A stretch of DNA of 64,000 nucleotides from Arenicellales bacterium (GCA_965203865.1 OZ241916.1:458353-522352); one strand, 5' to 3'. Shown: positions 40,381 to 52,847, numbered from the stretch's first letter. Notes: generated by a model not told the origin, from the sequence alone. Numbers and translations are program-made.

Positions 40381-42981
40381 ATGCGTCTTGATAAATTTAC
40401 AGTGAAGTTGCAATCTGCCATTGACGATGCGAGAAGCATCGCAGTCAGCCGCGACCACCAAGTCATTGAGAGTGCCCATTTGCTTACCGCACTCATCGAC
40501 CAAGAAGGGGGCACTGTACACAACCTTCTGATTCGGGCAGATGTCAACGTCAATCAGTTGCGAACCGAACTTGGCAAGTATCTGGATTCACTGCCTTCAG
40601 TTGTAGGTTCTGGAGGTGATGTTCTGATATCCCAGGATTTGGCGAAATTGCTGAATCGGGCAGAAAAACTTGCTCATGATCAGGAAGACCAGTTTATTTC
40701 AAGCGAGTTGATTGTTCTGGCCGCCGTTGAAGACAAGGGCGCAGTGGGAAAGATGCTTCGTAATGCAGGTGCTGCAAAGAGCCTGATTGAGCAAGCAGTG
40801 GCCCAAATACGAGGCGGTCAGAATATAAACGACCCCAATTCGGAGGACCAGCGCCAGGCACTCGAGAAGTACACGATAAATATCACAGAGCGCGCCGAAC
40901 AGGGAAAGCTGGATCCGGTGATCGGACGAGATGATGAAATCCGGCGCACCGTTCAGGTGCTTCAGCGACGAACCAAAAACAATCCGGTATTGATTGGCGA
41001 GCCAGGAGTCGGCAAGACTGCAATTGTGGAAGGACTGGCGCAGAGGGTCGTGAATGGCGAAGTGCCGGAAGGGTTGCTGGGCAAAAGCTTGCTCGCGCTG
41101 GATTTAGGCGCATTGATTGCAGGAACCAAGTTTCGCGGCGAGTTCGAGGAACGCCTCAAGGCTGTATTGAACGATCTGGCAAGACAGGAAGGACAGGTCA
41201 TTCTGTTTATTGACGAATTGCATACCATGGTAGGAGCCGGGAAGGCTGAAGGTTCAATGGATGCTGGCAATATGCTGAAACCGGCTTTGGCCAGAGGAGA
41301 ACTCCACTGTGTCGGTGCAACCACCCTGGACGAGTATAGAAAATATATTGAAAAGGATGCCGCTCTGGAACGGCGGTTTCAGAAAATCATTGTTCAGGAA
41401 CCATCGCTGGAAAGTTCTATTGCAATCCTGAGGGGAATCAAGGACAAGTATGAGGTGCACCATGGTGTAGATATAACAGACCCGGCAATAGTGGCTGCAT
41501 GTTCTCTTTCTCATCGCTATATAACAGATCGAAACTTGCCCGACAAAGCCATTGACTTGATTGACGAAGCGGCCAGCAAAATCAGAATAGAAATCGACTC
41601 GAAGCCTGAAGAGTTGGATGTGCTGGACCGCCGCATTATTCAATTGAAAATCGAGCGGGAATCGTTGAAAAACGAAGACGACAAGGCATCCCAGAACAGA
41701 CTGCTAAAGCTGGAAGAAGATTTACAGCAATTGGAGCGGGAATATTCGAATTTGGAAGAAGTTTGGAACTCTGAAAAAGCTGCAGTTCTCGGAGTACAGC
41801 ATATCATGGCGCAACTCGACCAGGCTCGCAACGAAGCCGTCACCGCACAGCGTGCCGGCGACCTGGAGCGAATGTCCCAGTTGCAGTATGAAAGAATCCC
41901 CCAGCTGGAGCGTCAGCTTGGACAGGCACGTTCTCAGGAAAAGCAGGATTTTCAACTCATGCGCAACAGCGTTACGGATGAGGAGGTTGCGGAAATTGTT
42001 TCCAAATGGACTGGAATACCAGTAAGCAAGATGCTGGAAGGGGAAAAGGCAAAGCTTCTTCGGATGGAGGATGAAATTGCCAAGCGAGTGGTTGGACAGA
42101 CACAGGCAATTGGTGCAGTCGCTGATGCCATTCGACGCTCTCGAACAGGGCTTTCGGATCCGAACCAGCCCTACGGAACTTTTCTGTTTCTAGGTCCAAC
42201 CGGAGTTGGCAAGACCGAGCTATCCAAAGCGTTGGCCGAATTTTTGTTCGATACAGAAGACGCATTGATACGGATTGACATGTCCGAATTTATGGAAAAG
42301 CATTCAGTTGCAAGAATGATTGGTGCTCCGCCCGGGTACGTGGGCTACGAAGAGGGAGGTCATTTGACTGAACTGATACGCCGCCGCCCATACTCTGTCA
42401 TTTTGATGGACGAAGTGGAAAAAGCCCATCCGGATGTTTTTAACATCCTTCTTCAAGTTCTGGATGACGGCCGGCTGACGGATGGGCAAGGCAGAACCGT
42501 CGACTTCAGAAACACTGTTATCGTGATGACATCCAATTTGGGTTCAGACCTGATTCAGGAAATGGCGGGTGAAGCTCAGTACAGCAAGATGAAGTCCGCG
42601 GTTCTTTCAATTGTTGGAAGAAATTTTCGACCCGAATTTGTGAACCGAATCGACGACATAATCGTATTTCATCCATTGACAAAGGAGCACTTGCGCAGCA
42701 TTGCAGATATTCAAATTCAGTACCTGCAGCAACGATTAATTGCCCGGAATCTTCAATTGAGCATTACCGAATCCGCTTTGAACCAGTTGACGAAGGCGGG
42801 ATTCGACCCGGTTTACGGAGCGCGTCCCTTGCGTCGAACCATTCAATCGCGAATCGAAAATCCACTTGCCAAGGAACTGTTGTCGGGTAGATTCGGCGAC
42901 GGCGACTGTATTCAAGTTGCTTGGAACGACTCCGAGTTTGAATTCAACTCCGAAATGAGTAAAATGACTGCCGCTGTCTGA
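40381..42981 (+). CDS. clpB: Chaperone disaggregase ClpB
   Basis: Two AAA+ modules ([15 protein letters not shown] and [15 protein letters not shown]) are separated by a long coiled-coil middle domain. Confidence 0.97.
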   Translation: MRLDKFTVKLQSAIDDARSIAVSRDHQVIESAHLLTALIDQEGGTVHNLLIRADVNVNQLRTELGKYLDSLPSVVGSGGDVLISQDLAKLLNRAEKLAHDQEDQFISSELIVLAAVEDKGAVGKMLRNAGAAKSLIEQAVAQIRGGQNINDPNSEDQRQALEKYTINITERAEQGKLDPVIGRDDEIRRTVQVLQRRTKNNPVLIGEPGVGKTAIVEGLAQRVVNGEVPEGLLGKSLLALDLGALIAGTKFRGEFEERLKAVLNDLARQEGQVILFIDELHTMVGAGKAEGSMDAGNMLKPALARGELHCVGATTLDEYRKYIEKDAALERRFQKIIVQEPSLESSIAILRGIKDKYEVHHGVDITDPAIVAACSLSHRYITDRNLPDKAIDLIDEAASKIRIEIDSKPEELDVLDRRIIQLKIERESLKNEDDKASQNRLLKLEEDLQQLEREYSNLEEVWNSEKAAVLGVQHIMAQLDQARNEAVTAQRAGDLERMSQLQYERIPQLERQLGQARSQEKQDFQLMRNSVTDEEVAEIVSKWTGIPVSKMLEGEKAKLLRMEDEIAKRVVGQTQAIGAVADAIRRSRTGLSDPNQPYGTFLFLGPTGVGKTELSKALAEFLFDTEDALIRIDMSEFMEKHSVARMIGAPPGYVGYEEGGHLTELIRRRPYSVILMDEVEKAHPDVFNILLQVLDDGRLTDGQGRTVDFRNTVIVMTSNLGSDLIQEMAGEAQYSKMKSAVLSIVGRNFRPEFVNRIDDIIVFHPLTKEHLRSIADIQIQYLQQRLIARNLQLSITESALNQLTKAGFDPVYGARPLRRTIQSRIENPLAKELLSGRFGDGDCIQVAWNDSEFEFNSEMSKMTAAV

Positions 42982-43109
42982 CCCACAGACAGTATTTCAG
43001 TTGTTTGGCCCGGATTCACAAACCTGCCTGAGAAAATGGCTTGTTCGTGTTCACTAGCATAGCCTTGCGGGTAAAATAAAGAATAAAATAAACAATCGGA
43101 GAACTACCA

Positions 43110-44789
43110 GTGAATAAATACAAGAGTGATATTGAAATAGCACGGGAAGCAACACTCAAGCCGATTACAGAAATCGGTCAATCCATTGGCTTGCCTCTGG
43201 ATGCCTTGAATCCTTACGGGCACACGAAGTCGAAAGTTTCGCTGGAGTTTATTGACTCCTTGCAAGACAGGGAAAATGGGAAACTGATTCTCGTCACTGC
43301 CATCACCCCCACGCCGGCAGGCGAGGGAAAAACAACTACTACGGTGGGTCTTGGAGACGGTTTGAATCGCATTGGCAAAAAGGCAATGATTTGTCTTCGC
43401 GAACCAAGCCTTGGTCCCTGCTTTGGAATGAAAGGCGGAGCAGCCGGCGGCGGGTACGCCCAAGTTGTCCCAATGGAGGATATCAATCTTCACTTTACGG
43501 GAGATTTTCATGCAATCGGTGCCGCGCACAATCTGCTTTCAGCACTGGTAGACAACGCAATATATTGGGGCGGTTCCCAGGAACTTGACTCGCGCAGAGT
43601 CGCATGGCGCCGAGTTGTGGACATGAATGACCGGGCACTGCGTCAAATTGCCTGCGCCTTGGGTGGCGTGCCAAATGGATTTGCACGTGAAAGCGGATTT
43701 GATATTACAGTTGCAAGCGAAGTTATGGCAATCTTTTGCCTTGCAGATGGCTTGCAGGATCTTCAGAACCTGCTTGGCAGAATTACAGTTGGATACCGGC
43801 GCGACCGCTCATCTGTCTTCGCAAGCGATGTCAGCGGCGAAGGACCAATGACAGTTTTGCTTAAAGATGCGCTTGCCCCGAATCTTGTTCAGACACTGGA
43901 AAACAACCCGGCGTTTATTCACGGCGGCCCGTTCGCAAATATTGCTCATGGCTGCAATTCAGTAATGGCCACGAAAGCGGCCCTTAAATTAAGCGATTAC
44001 GTGATTACTGAAGCCGGTTTCGGGGCAGATCTGGGAGCTCAGAAGTTCTTTGACATCAAGTGCCGCGTGGCGGGATTGGATCCTTGCGCAGTGGTGGTGG
44101 TTGCAACAATTCGTGCGCTCAAAATGCACGGCGGCGTGGCAAAGTCTGATTTGGGTGCGGAAAATGTGGATGCTGTGAGAAACGGTGTTGTAAATCTGGA
44201 GCGACACTTGCAAAACATTGCTCAATACGGACTTCCGGTTGTTGTGGCGATCAACAGATTTGTAACTGACACCGATGCAGAAGTGGAAGCAGTTCGGGAG
44301 AGGTGCAAAGCGCTGGGTGCCGAAGCGATTGAGTGTACGCACTGGTCCGACGGCGGTGCGGGTACGGAAGACTTGGCTCGCAAAGTTGTCCAGCTGGCCG
44401 AAGGCGACGAGGCTAAATTTCAATTGCTGTATGAAGACGACTTGCCGCTTGAAGATAAAATTCGCACAATTGCACAGAAAATTTACGGTGCACGCGACAT
44501 TGCCTTGGAAAGCAAGGCTAAAGCCTATTTGGACCAGTTGCAGGAAGGCGGCTATGGACACTTGCCTGTGTGCATGGCAAAAACACAGTACAGTTTCTCT
44601 GCTGATGCAGCCAAAATTGGTGCGCCGGAAAATCATGTCGTTCCCGTTCGGGAAGTGCGGCTAAGCTCGGGAGCTGGTTTTGTCGTTGTAATTTGCGGTG
44701 ACATTATGACTATGCCCGGCTTGCCGCGGATACCTGCGGCAAATTCAATTCATCTGGATGAAAACGGGCTGATTCAGGGACTGTTTTAA
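43110..44789 (+). CDS. fhs: Formate-tetrahydrofolate ligase
   Basis: [15 protein letters not shown] is present. The length (559 aa) and the C-terminus (...[11 protein letters not shown]) are typical of the family. The start codon is GTG. Confidence 0.95.
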   Translation: MNKYKSDIEIAREATLKPITEIGQSIGLPLDALNPYGHTKSKVSLEFIDSLQDRENGKLILVTAITPTPAGEGKTTTTVGLGDGLNRIGKKAMICLREPSLGPCFGMKGGAAGGGYAQVVPMEDINLHFTGDFHAIGAAHNLLSALVDNAIYWGGSQELDSRRVAWRRVVDMNDRALRQIACALGGVPNGFARESGFDITVASEVMAIFCLADGLQDLQNLLGRITVGYRRDRSSVFASDVSGEGPMTVLLKDALAPNLVQTLENNPAFIHGGPFANIAHGCNSVMATKAALKLSDYVITEAGFGADLGAQKFFDIKCRVAGLDPCAVVVVATIRALKMHGGVAKSDLGAENVDAVRNGVVNLERHLQNIAQYGLPVVVAINRFVTDTDAEVEAVRERCKALGAEAIECTHWSDGGAGTEDLARKVVQLAEGDEAKFQLLYEDDLPLEDKIRTIAQKIYGARDIALESKAKAYLDQLQEGGYGHLPVCMAKTQYSFSADAAKIGAPENHVVPVREVRLSSGAGFVVVICGDIMTMPGLPRIPAANSIHLDENGLIQGLF

Positions 44790-44820
44790 TACGGCCAACA
44801 CTATCAGAGATTGATTTTCC

Positions 44821-46596
44821 ATGGCAATTCGCTCACTTGACGACGAAAAAATCCGCAACGCGCCATTTCACCCTCGCCTGTTCGGGACAAATGCAGCAGT
44901 AACCAGCGAGCACTATCTTGCGGCGAATGCCGGTGCCGACATTCTCAAGGCCGGTGGCAATGCAGTTGATGCCGCAGTGGCTGCAGCACTGGTTGAAGGT
45001 GTGGTTAATCCGCATCAAAATACAATCGGCGGCGAATGTCCAATGCTGATTCAGATGAACGACATGGCACAGCCTGTTGTTGTGAACGGAAACACAATGG
45101 CACCCCGAAAAGCAACCGTTTCGGCATATCGCGAACGGGGATATGACGATGTCCCTGATTCCGGGATACTGGCTGCCGGCGTACCGGCTTCAATCGGCGC
45201 CTATACCACAGTGCTTGAAAAGTTTGGCACCATGTCTTTCGGTGATGTTGTCAATGCAGCAATGACTCTCGCCAGGACAGGGTTCCCGGCTCACAGCGGC
45301 ATGGTCAACATGCCGGATTTCGGTATTCGCGACATGGCGAGTACGTTCCGGGAAAGATGGAAAAACAATGTTGCCTTGTACATGCCGGATAACGATCTGC
45401 CTGTTCCCGGCCAAATTTTGTACAACTCTGCGCTTGCCAGTTGTTTTGATACATTGGCAAATGCCGAAGCAACTTGCAAGGGTACTCGGGAACAAGGGGT
45501 TGCAGCTGCCCGGCAAGCGTTTTATTGCGGAGATATTGCCCGCGAGTTTGAGCGGCACTCCAGAGAGAGAGACGGCTTTTTGTCGATGGAAGATTTTGAA
45601 GCGTACGAAACATTTCTGGAAGAGCCGGTATTTATTGATTTTGAAGCTGCCCGGATATTCAAATGCGGGCCTTGGAACCAGGGACCGGCAATGCTCCAAA
45701 CGCTGTCGATTCTGAAGAATTTCAATTTGCGCTCCTACGGACATAACAGTTCCGATTATCTTCACACTGTAATTGAAGCCGTAAATCTCGCATTTGCAGA
45801 TCGAGAGCAGTGGTACGGTGACCCGCGCCAAGTGAATGTTCCCATCAAGGAACTGCTTGAAGACCATTACGGTGCACTTAGAAGCGGATTGATTGATCCG
45901 ACCTGTGTCAGCAAAGAAATCCGGCCCGGCGACCCGGTGCGGTCACTGTCCTGTTTGCCGATAGAAGAGCGGCTAGGCGGAAACCCATGGGGACATGGTA
46001 CAGTTCATGTTGATTCGATTGACCGCTGGGGGAACATGATTTCAGCAACACCCAGCGGCGGTTGGATGAGATCAGCGGAAGTAGTTGAAGCAGTTGGAGT
46101 GCCGACAGGAAATCGACTGATGACATTCTATCTTGGACCTGAAGACCATCCGAATATTGTTGCCCCTCACAAGCGTCCCAGAACAACAATCAGCCCGACT
46201 CTGGTACACCGAAACGGGAATCCCTGGATGGTTTACGGAAGCATGGGCGGCGACCAGCAGGACCAGTGGATGCTGCAATTCTTTTTGAATCGCGCTGTAT
46301 TTGACATGACAATTGCCGAGTCCATTGAAGCAGCGAAGTTTTCCAGTTTGCATTTCCCGGGATTCTTTGCACCGCACGAATGGTTTTTGAACAAGGTTCA
46401 GATTGAACCCAGAGTCTCGGAACACGCAATTCGTAATCTTCAATCGCGCGGACACGATGTTGAAGTGGTGCCTGACTGGACTCAGGGATATCTTTTGGCA
46501 ATCGAAAGAAATTCAGAATCAGGCGTACTGGAGGCGGGGTACGACCCGCGAGGTGCGAAAGGGGAGGTGTTTCCGGCAGCTGCCTGTTGCTGGTAG
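44821..46596 (+). CDS. ggt: Gamma-glutamyltransferase family protein
   Basis: GHGTVHVDSIDRWGNMISATPSGG marks the autoprocessing Thr region, and GSMGGDQQ is present. Confidence 0.85.
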   Translation: MAIRSLDDEKIRNAPFHPRLFGTNAAVTSEHYLAANAGADILKAGGNAVDAAVAAALVEGVVNPHQNTIGGECPMLIQMNDMAQPVVVNGNTMAPRKATVSAYRERGYDDVPDSGILAAGVPASIGAYTTVLEKFGTMSFGDVVNAAMTLARTGFPAHSGMVNMPDFGIRDMASTFRERWKNNVALYMPDNDLPVPGQILYNSALASCFDTLANAEATCKGTREQGVAAARQAFYCGDIAREFERHSRERDGFLSMEDFEAYETFLEEPVFIDFEAARIFKCGPWNQGPAMLQTLSILKNFNLRSYGHNSSDYLHTVIEAVNLAFADREQWYGDPRQVNVPIKELLEDHYGALRSGLIDPTCVSKEIRPGDPVRSLSCLPIEERLGGNPWGHGTVHVDSIDRWGNMISATPSGGWMRSAEVVEAVGVPTGNRLMTFYLGPEDHPNIVAPHKRPRTTISPTLVHRNGNPWMVYGSMGGDQQDQWMLQFFLNRAVFDMTIAESIEAAKFSSLHFPGFFAPHEWFLNKVQIEPRVSEHAIRNLQSRGHDVEVVPDWTQGYLLAIERNSESGVLEAGYDPRGAKGEVFPAAACCW

Positions 46597-46606
46597 TTTC
46601 CGCCTG

Positions 46607-47500
46607 CTAGTTCAAGCAATCCGGCACCGGAATTTCGTTCTGGTTGCAGGTGATTTGAACTGTATTCTTGAGCAGGCAGGCAATGGTCATTGGCCCCACG
46701 CCCCCGGGTACCGGTGTGATAGCACCTGCCACTTCCTTGGCTTGATCAAACTCCACATCGCCCACCAGTCGCGGACTGCCATCTTTTTGAATACGGTTGA
46801 TGCCAACATCCACCACGGTCGCACCCGGCTTTATCCAGTCACCCTTGATCATCATTGGTTGTCCAATTGCTGCAATGAGAACATCGGCTTGTCGACATTG
46901 GTCGTCAAGATTTTTTGTCCGGGAATGTGCAATAGTAACTGTGCAATTGCGTTGCAGAAGCAATGCGGACACAGGTTTGCCGACAATATTGGATCTTCCG
47001 ATAATGAGTGCATTTGCACCTTCCAGTTCTGTTTGGGCAAGCTGAAGCAGTTCGATGCAGGCCAACGGTGTGCAGGGGACAACGCCTTCTTGTCCAATGT
47101 TTAATCGTCCGGCGTTTGTCACATGAAAACCGTCGACATCTTTTTCAGCCAGCACCACGTCCATTACCCTGTTGGAGTCGATATGCTCAGGCAATGGCAG
47201 TTGAACCAAAATTCCATTTACCAGCGGGTCGGCATTGAGGCGCTCAATTAAATCCAGGAGTTCTTGCTCGGAAACGCTTTCATCCAGCTTGTACTGAAAG
47301 GAATTCATGCCAGCCTGCGTGGTCTGGATAATCTTGTTTCGCACATAAACCTGGCTTGCCTGATTATTCCCGACCAGTACAACTGCCAATCCGGGGGTTA
47401 GCGAGTGCTCTGACTTTAGCTGATTAACTGCATCTGCCACCGATGCTCTGATGTCTGCCGCCAGTGCCTTGCCATCAATAATTTTTGCCGAATGAGTCAT
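46607..47500 (-). CDS. folD: Bifunctional methylenetetrahydrofolate dehydrogenase/cyclohydrolase
   Basis: [30 protein letters not shown] and [11 protein letters not shown] are present. Confidence 0.95.
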   Translation of the reverse strand: MTHSAKIIDGKALAADIRASVADAVNQLKSEHSLTPGLAVVLVGNNQASQVYVRNKIIQTTQAGMNSFQYKLDESVSEQELLDLIERLNADPLVNGILVQLPLPEHIDSNRVMDVVLAEKDVDGFHVTNAGRLNIGQEGVVPCTPLACIELLQLAQTELEGANALIIGRSNIVGKPVSALLLQRNCTVTIAHSRTKNLDDQCRQADVLIAAIGQPMMIKGDWIKPGATVVDVGINRIQKDGSPRLVGDVEFDQAKEVAGAITPVPGGVGPMTIACLLKNTVQITCNQNEIPVPDCLN

Positions 47501-47673
47501 TTTGCTCTAGTCCAAATTGCTAACCGTTTTTGTTCCAAAAATAATACTTTGCGTGAAGCGTATTCATGCCACTTGCATATTGTATTTTACGAATTGATTG
47601 TCAGGAGCAGTAAAATTGATTTTTTTGAAACAATGTTTATAAATCACGATTGTCACAGGTGGACCGGCAAGAC

Positions 47674-48216
47674 ATGGCGAAAGTTGAACGACTACCCACT
47701 GTTGGTGTAATGGGATCTGGAAAAGTTTCTCATGAAGACCAGGCAAGTCTCTTGGGTGAATGGTTGGCGAAGCAGGACGTTCACTTGCTCACCGGTGGCG
47801 GTTGTGGAGTTATGGAGTCGGTAAGCAGGGCATTTGCAGCAGTTTCGAATCGAAAAGGCAAAGTGATAGGTATCATTCCAGGAATTGTTCACGAATCAGC
47901 CGGGGCGCAGAGTGTTCCTTCAGGCTATCCCAACCCGTGGGTCGAAATTGCTATCTTCACCCACTTGCCGTATTCTGGTAACCGGGGACATACTTCGGAA
48001 TCTCGTAATCACATCAATATTCTCAGCTCCGATGCAATCGTGGTATTGCCGGGTAGTGACGGAACTGCTTCCGAAGCTGCTCTGGCCGCCAAGTATCAAA
48101 AGCCGGCCATAGCCTGGCTTCAATATCGCAGTCAAATGACAGGCTTGCCTGATTCGGTTCCGATTGTGACCAGGTTCGACGATGTAAAGCTTTTTGTAAA
48201 ACAAAATATCGGGTAG
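47674..48216 (+). CDS. TIGR00725/LOG-like (SLOG superfamily) Rossmann protein
   Basis: PTVGVMGSG...LLTGGGCGVMESVSRAF...VLPGSDGTASE is present. The ORF is open from 47650, and the likely start is ATG 47674. Confidence 0.6.
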   Translation: MAKVERLPTVGVMGSGKVSHEDQASLLGEWLAKQDVHLLTGGGCGVMESVSRAFAAVSNRKGKVIGIIPGIVHESAGAQSVPSGYPNPWVEIAIFTHLPYSGNRGHTSESRNHINILSSDAIVVLPGSDGTASEAALAAKYQKPAIAWLQYRSQMTGLPDSVPIVTRFDDVKLFVKQNIG

Positions 48217-48220
48217 TTCT

Positions 48221-49204
48221 GTGGACGACCTTCAACGTTCATTGCTAAATGTATTTACCAATTGCGACTTGGACCGGATGGTGCAAAGCCGCAAAGATTC
48301 AATTTGGTTAAATTCGGTGCAGAAGGATAGCGGGTCGAGATTTGTTGTATTCCGAAATGACCAGTTCTTGCTAAGTTACGAGAGCAGCAAGGCTCCGGTA
48401 TTTGTTTCTCCTGACGAACTTGAGATGATCAAGTCGCCTTCAGGAGTGAATATTTTTCTTGGCTCCCGAGGGAATCATCATTTTTTTGCTACTGAAGTGG
48501 AAGATGCGGAGGAAGTCAAGCGACTAAATCTCAAATCGGTGAAGTTTGGAGGGTTGCGGGGACATGGATGGGCATTGACACCGGAGCATGCGTCCATGCT
48601 GTCATACGCAAAGACAATGTTTCACTGGCACCGTGCGAATGAGTATTGCGGCACTTGCGGAACAATAACTGTTCCGGAATCTGCTGGCCATGTTCGCCGG
48701 TGCACAAGTCAGAGTTGCGGCATCTCTCATTTCCCAAGAACCGACCCGGCGATTATCGTTGCAGTTTCAAACGGAGAAAAGTGCCTGTTCGGCCGTCAAC
48801 CGAGCTGGCCGCAGTACCGTCATTCGGTCATAGCGGGTTTTGTGGAACCGGGGGAAAGCATTGAACAGGCCGTGGTAAGAGAAGTGATGGAAGAAACAAA
48901 TATTGAACTTGATTGTGTAAACTATCATTCGTCTCAGCCTTGGCCGTTTCCCGGTTCAATCATGCTTGGGTTTACTGCAAAGGCTGGCACTGAAATCATT
49001 ACACTGAATGATGGTGAATTGGAAAATGCCCACTGGCGCAGTACGGCCGATGTCGTTGAAGGACTCAAAAACAGAAACTTTCTTTTACCGCCGAAACTGT
49101 CCATTGCATATCGATTGATTGAGGACTGGTTCAATGAAAACTCTGTCATACGGCTTGCCGATATACTTGATGAGCTGGAAATGAGCGAAAGCCACCGCGT
49201 ATGA
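48221..49204 (+). CDS. nudC: NAD(H) pyrophosphatase / NAD-cap decapping Nudix hydrolase
   Basis: The zinc ribbon is CGTCG...CTSQSCG. The Nudix box is GFVEPGESIEQAVVREVMEETNI. SQPWPFP is also present. Confidence 0.9.
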   Translation: MDDLQRSLLNVFTNCDLDRMVQSRKDSIWLNSVQKDSGSRFVVFRNDQFLLSYESSKAPVFVSPDELEMIKSPSGVNIFLGSRGNHHFFATEVEDAEEVKRLNLKSVKFGGLRGHGWALTPEHASMLSYAKTMFHWHRANEYCGTCGTITVPESAGHVRRCTSQSCGISHFPRTDPAIIVAVSNGEKCLFGRQPSWPQYRHSVIAGFVEPGESIEQAVVREVMEETNIELDCVNYHSSQPWPFPGSIMLGFTAKAGTEIITLNDGELENAHWRSTADVVEGLKNRNFLLPPKLSIAYRLIEDWFNENSVIRLADILDELEMSESHRV

Positions 49205-49271
49205 CTCAGTATGAGTGAAATGAGGGTTATAATCTACTCTTTGATGCGAATCTGAATGAGAAACAGAAAAA

Positions 49272-49964
49272 GTGCTAAAAGAACAATTGGAATCGACGCA
49301 GCTTGACCGAAAAAATCAAGTGCTGGGCGATATAAGGAAGGCTCTCGGTCGCGAAGGGGACTCCAAAATCGACCCTGCTGCAGTGCAGCTTGAATACGAG
49401 AAAATCAGGCAGGCGGAAGTACCGCGTCCTGTTGTTGACGGCGTGCTGATTGAAAGATTCCTTGAGAAGCATACAGCAGTGCACGGGACCTACCGGATTG
49501 TTGAATCCTATTCGCAAGTGCCCGATGCCGTTGCGGAATTTTTGAATGAAAACAAACTGCCAACCGAGATGGTTATGGGGAAAACTTCATTCTTGTCGAA
49601 CATTGATTGGCCGCAGGATTGGAAAATTCACAATCGAAGTGCTGTCAAGGTCGACCGGGTATCTGTTACCGGCGCAGTTTGCGCCATTGCGGAAACGGGA
49701 ACCGTTGTAATTGTGAGCGAGCCGGAAGTTTCGTCAACCCACTTGTATTTGCCGGAAAATCATATTGCAGTCTTTGATGCCGGACAGATCGTGCGACACC
49801 TGGAAGATGCCCTGCAAATGCTTTCAGCCAATATTCTGGAAACTTCACGCGGGGTTCACATGATTACCGGTCCTTCAAAAACCGCAGATGTGGAGCAAAC
49901 GATTCAGTATGGCGCACATGGCCCGAGGCGGCTTCACACTATTGTCATAAGTACATCAAACTAG
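49272..49964 (+). CDS. LUD-domain protein (LutC/YkgG-like)
   Basis: The size and the C-terminal ITGPSKTADVEQTIQYGAHGPRRLH match my memory of the LUD family signature. Confidence 0.55.
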   Translation: MLKEQLESTQLDRKNQVLGDIRKALGREGDSKIDPAAVQLEYEKIRQAEVPRPVVDGVLIERFLEKHTAVHGTYRIVESYSQVPDAVAEFLNENKLPTEMVMGKTSFLSNIDWPQDWKIHNRSAVKVDRVSVTGAVCAIAETGTVVIVSEPEVSSTHLYLPENHIAVFDAGQIVRHLEDALQMLSANILETSRGVHMITGPSKTADVEQTIQYGAHGPRRLHTIVISTSN

Positions 49965-49973
49965 TAGTTCAAA

Positions 49974-50513
49974 TTGAATATTGCAACCACACCGTCCGGT
50001 GCTGATTTAACACAACAGTCTTCGTTTAGCTACGAGGAGCTATTGCAATGCGGTCGGGGCGAATTGTTTGGACCGGGCAATGCTCAGCTGCCGTTGCCGC
50101 CGTTGCTGATGTTTGACCGGATAACAGAAATTTCCATGGAGGGGGGGCAGTTTGGCAAGGGCTCCATCGTCGCGGAATTGGATATCAGGCCTGACTTGTG
50201 GTTTTTCGATTGCCATTTTGAAGGAGACCCGGTAATGCCGGGATGCCTGGGGCTGGATGCCCTGTGGCAACTTATTGGATTTTACCTGGGGTGGCTTGGA
50301 AAGCCAGGCAGTGGCAGAGCACTGGGTTCCGGCGAAGTGAAGTTTTCCGGTCAGGTGAATCCGGATGCCCGGCTACTGACCTATGCTGTGAGTATAAAAA
50401 AGGTCATTTCTACAAGACTGGTGATGGGAGTCGGAAATGGCACTGTGGCCGCAGATGGAAAATCAATCTACAAGGGAGAAGATCTTAGAGTGGGCTTGTT
50501 TAAGCTTGATTGA
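49974..50513 (+). CDS. fabA: 3-hydroxydecanoyl-ACP dehydratase/isomerase
   Basis: [15 protein letters not shown]...[24 protein letters not shown] is present. Confidence 0.95.
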   Translation: MNIATTPSGADLTQQSSFSYEELLQCGRGELFGPGNAQLPLPPLLMFDRITEISMEGGQFGKGSIVAELDIRPDLWFFDCHFEGDPVMPGCLGLDALWQLIGFYLGWLGKPGSGRALGSGEVKFSGQVNPDARLLTYAVSIKKVISTRLVMGVGNGTVAADGKSIYKGEDLRVGLFKLD

Positions 50514-50531
50514 AGTATTGCAGTTTGACCA

Positions 50532-51749
50532 ATGAGAAGAGTCGTAGTAACAGGAATTGGAATTATCAGCAGCATCGGAGTCAGCCAGAAAGAGGTTGCT
50601 GACTCTTTGTACAAGGGACGCTCTGGTATTTCGTATTCAAAGGAGTACCAGGAATTGGGGTTTCGAAGCTGTGTCGAAGGCAGTGTCGATATAGATTTGG
50701 AAGCGGGCATTGAGCGCAAGGCGAAACGATTCATGGGCGACGGTTCCGCATACAATTATTTGGCCATGCGCGAAGCGATTGAAGATTCCGGTTTGTCCGA
50801 AGACCAGATTTCCAATCCGCGTACGGGACTGATCATGGGATCGGGCGGCGCATCTACGGAAAACCTGAAAGATTCCGTCGATATTCTTCGCGAAAAGGGA
50901 GTAAGGCGAATTGGTCCCTACATGGTTACCCGAACAATGTCGAGTACAAATTCAGCCACTTTGGGAACATTGTTCAAGATTAAAGGTGTGAGCTATTCTG
51001 TCAGTTCTGCCTGCGCAACCAGTGCGCATTGTATCGGCAATGCGGCGGAAATTATTCAACTGGACAAGCAGGATGTCATGTTTGCCGGCGGCGGCGACGA
51101 AGTGCACTGGACGATGACCATGCTGTTTGATGCGATGGGTGCCCTTTCAAGCAAGTTCAATGAACAGGCAGAAGCAGCCTCTCGCCCTTACGATAAAAAT
51201 CGCGATGGCTTTGTCATTTCCGGCGGTGGTGGTGTGGTGGTGCTTGAAGAGTTGGAGCATGCATTAGGCCGGGGTGCCAGAATATACGCCGAACTTGCAG
51301 GATATGGAGCAACATCAGACGGGTTCGACATGGTTCAGCCATCGGGAGATGGTGCGCAACGCTGCATGCAAATGGCATTGGCAAATGTCGATGCCCCGGT
51401 ACAGTATATCAATGCCCATGGAACCAGTACTCCAGTGGGGGATGTCCGGGAACTTGAAGCGATTCGCGCTGTATTCGGGGAGAAGATGCCCTTGGTTGCA
51501 TCAACAAAGTCCATGACTGGCCATGCACTGGGCGCAGCCGGTGTCAATGAGGCGATTTATTCATTGATCATGATGGACAGAGGATTCATCGCGCCTTCAA
51601 TCAATATTGAGGAAATGGACCCCCAGGCTACGGGATTTCCAATTGTAACAGAATGCATGGATCGCATGGACTTGCATACAGTCATGTCGAACAGCTTCGG
51701 ATTTGGCGGTACGAATTCAAGCCTTCTGTTTCAAAGATTGACTGACTAG
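50532..51749 (+). CDS. fabB: 3-oxoacyl-ACP synthase I
   Basis: [14 protein letters not shown] carries the active-site Cys. [11 protein letters not shown] and SFGFGGTN are also present. Confidence 0.95.
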   Translation: MRRVVVTGIGIISSIGVSQKEVADSLYKGRSGISYSKEYQELGFRSCVEGSVDIDLEAGIERKAKRFMGDGSAYNYLAMREAIEDSGLSEDQISNPRTGLIMGSGGASTENLKDSVDILREKGVRRIGPYMVTRTMSSTNSATLGTLFKIKGVSYSVSSACATSAHCIGNAAEIIQLDKQDVMFAGGGDEVHWTMTMLFDAMGALSSKFNEQAEAASRPYDKNRDGFVISGGGGVVVLEELEHALGRGARIYAELAGYGATSDGFDMVQPSGDGAQRCMQMALANVDAPVQYINAHGTSTPVGDVRELEAIRAVFGEKMPLVASTKSMTGHALGAAGVNEAIYSLIMMDRGFIAPSINIEEMDPQATGFPIVTECMDRMDLHTVMSNSFGFGGTNSSLLFQRLTD

Positions 51750-51758
51750 GGAACTCTG

Positions 51759-52847
51759 ATGTTTCGTTACGAAACGAGGTCTCCTGTAGTTCAGCGTAAC
51801 AAGGATGTCTGGATAGCAGGTTGGCTGATTATTGTGTGCGCCTTGATCGTGGTTGTCGTGGTAATTGGCGGATACACTCGATTGACAAATTCAGGCTTGT
51901 CGATGGTTGAGTGGAAGCCGTTGTCGGGAGTTGTCCCTCCCTTGACAGAGGAGCAATGGCAAGACGAATTCGAGTTGTATCAGCAATATCCCGAGTTCAG
52001 ATTTGTTTATCCCGATATTTCATTGGACGGGTTCAAAAAAATCTTCTGGGTGGAGTTTGTTCATCGTGTTGCAGGCAGAGTACTTGGAATCGTTTTCTTT
52101 GTGCCATTTATGATGCTGGCAATGCTGGGATTTTTAGAACGATCGCAGGTTATACGGTTGTTGCTTGTATTGATTCTGGGTGGCTTGCAGGGTCTGCTTG
52201 GATGGTACATGGTTAAAAGCGGACTGGTTCAGGAACCATCTGTAAGCCAATACCGGCTAACAGCGCACCTGGGCTTGGCGGTGCTGATTTATGGATATGT
52301 TTTATGGCTTGCATCTGGTTTGCTCCTGCGGTATCGACCGAAGATTGAGCCGGTTGCACCCCGTACAAAAGTTCTTGCTCTGCTTTGCTTGCTTGCAGTA
52401 GTGCTGATGCAAGTCAGCGGCGGGATGATGTCCGGCACGCACGCAGGCTATGCAATCAACACCTTTCCGGATATGAACGGAGAGTATTTTCCGGATGGCA
52501 TGATGCTGCTCACACCTGCATGGCGTAATTTGTTTGAGAATATAATCACAATTCAGTTTGTTCACCGGTGGATAGCGATAGCGACTGTTCTGCTGGTGGT
52601 ATTGCTTTGGATGCGCAGATTTCGCGAGCAGTCAAAATCTGTTCAACTGCTGCTTGACATTTTTTTGGCAGCTGCAGTGTTACAATTGGCTTTGGGCATT
52701 ACCACGCTACTTAGCCGCGTAGCCTTGCCGGTTGCACTCGCTCATCAAGCAGGGTTTATTTTGCTGCTCAGCGTGCTGGTTGTCCTGTTGAGAACAGTTT
52801 CATTTCCAGAAAGTCAAAGAGTTGAATTGCCGTTGAATCGGCTGTGA
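51759..52847 (+). CDS. ctaA: Heme A synthase (COX15/CtaA family)
   Basis: A polytopic membrane protein with conserved His pairs in FVHRVAG and FVHRWIA. Confidence 0.8.
   Translation: MFRYETRSPVVQRNKDVWIAGWLIIVCALIVVVVVIGGYTRLTNSGLSMVEWKPLSGVVPPLTEEQWQDEFELYQQYPEFRFVYPDISLDGFKKIFWVEFVHRVAGRVLGIVFFVPFMMLAMLGFLERSQVIRLLLVLILGGLQGLLGWYMVKSGLVQEPSVSQYRLTAHLGLAVLIYGYVLWLASGLLLRYRPKIEPVAPRTKVLALLCLLAVVLMQVSGGMMSGTHAGYAINTFPDMNGEYFPDGMMLLTPAWRNLFENIITIQFVHRWIAIATVLLVVLLWMRRFREQSKSVQLLLDIFLAAAVLQLALGITTLLSRVALPVALAHQAGFILLLSVLVVLLRTVSFPESQRVELPLNRL

Noticed and set aside
42982-43109. Possible ZTP/THF-type riboswitch upstream of fhs.
   Set aside because: I looked for the pfl/ZTP 3' element as I remember it (CCGCCUGGGC) and found only aaCCTGCCTGAG and GGCCCGGA fragments. 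These do not match well enough, so an Infernal scan would be needed.
43989-47104. Long antisense ORFs: 43989-44636 (-), 45190-45867 (-) and 46403-47104 (+).
   Set aside because: They are opposite fhs, ggt and folD respectively, all of which carry strong family signatures. The same reasoning applies to 57013-57762 (-) opposite guaA and 11438-11920 (-) opposite the MBL gene.
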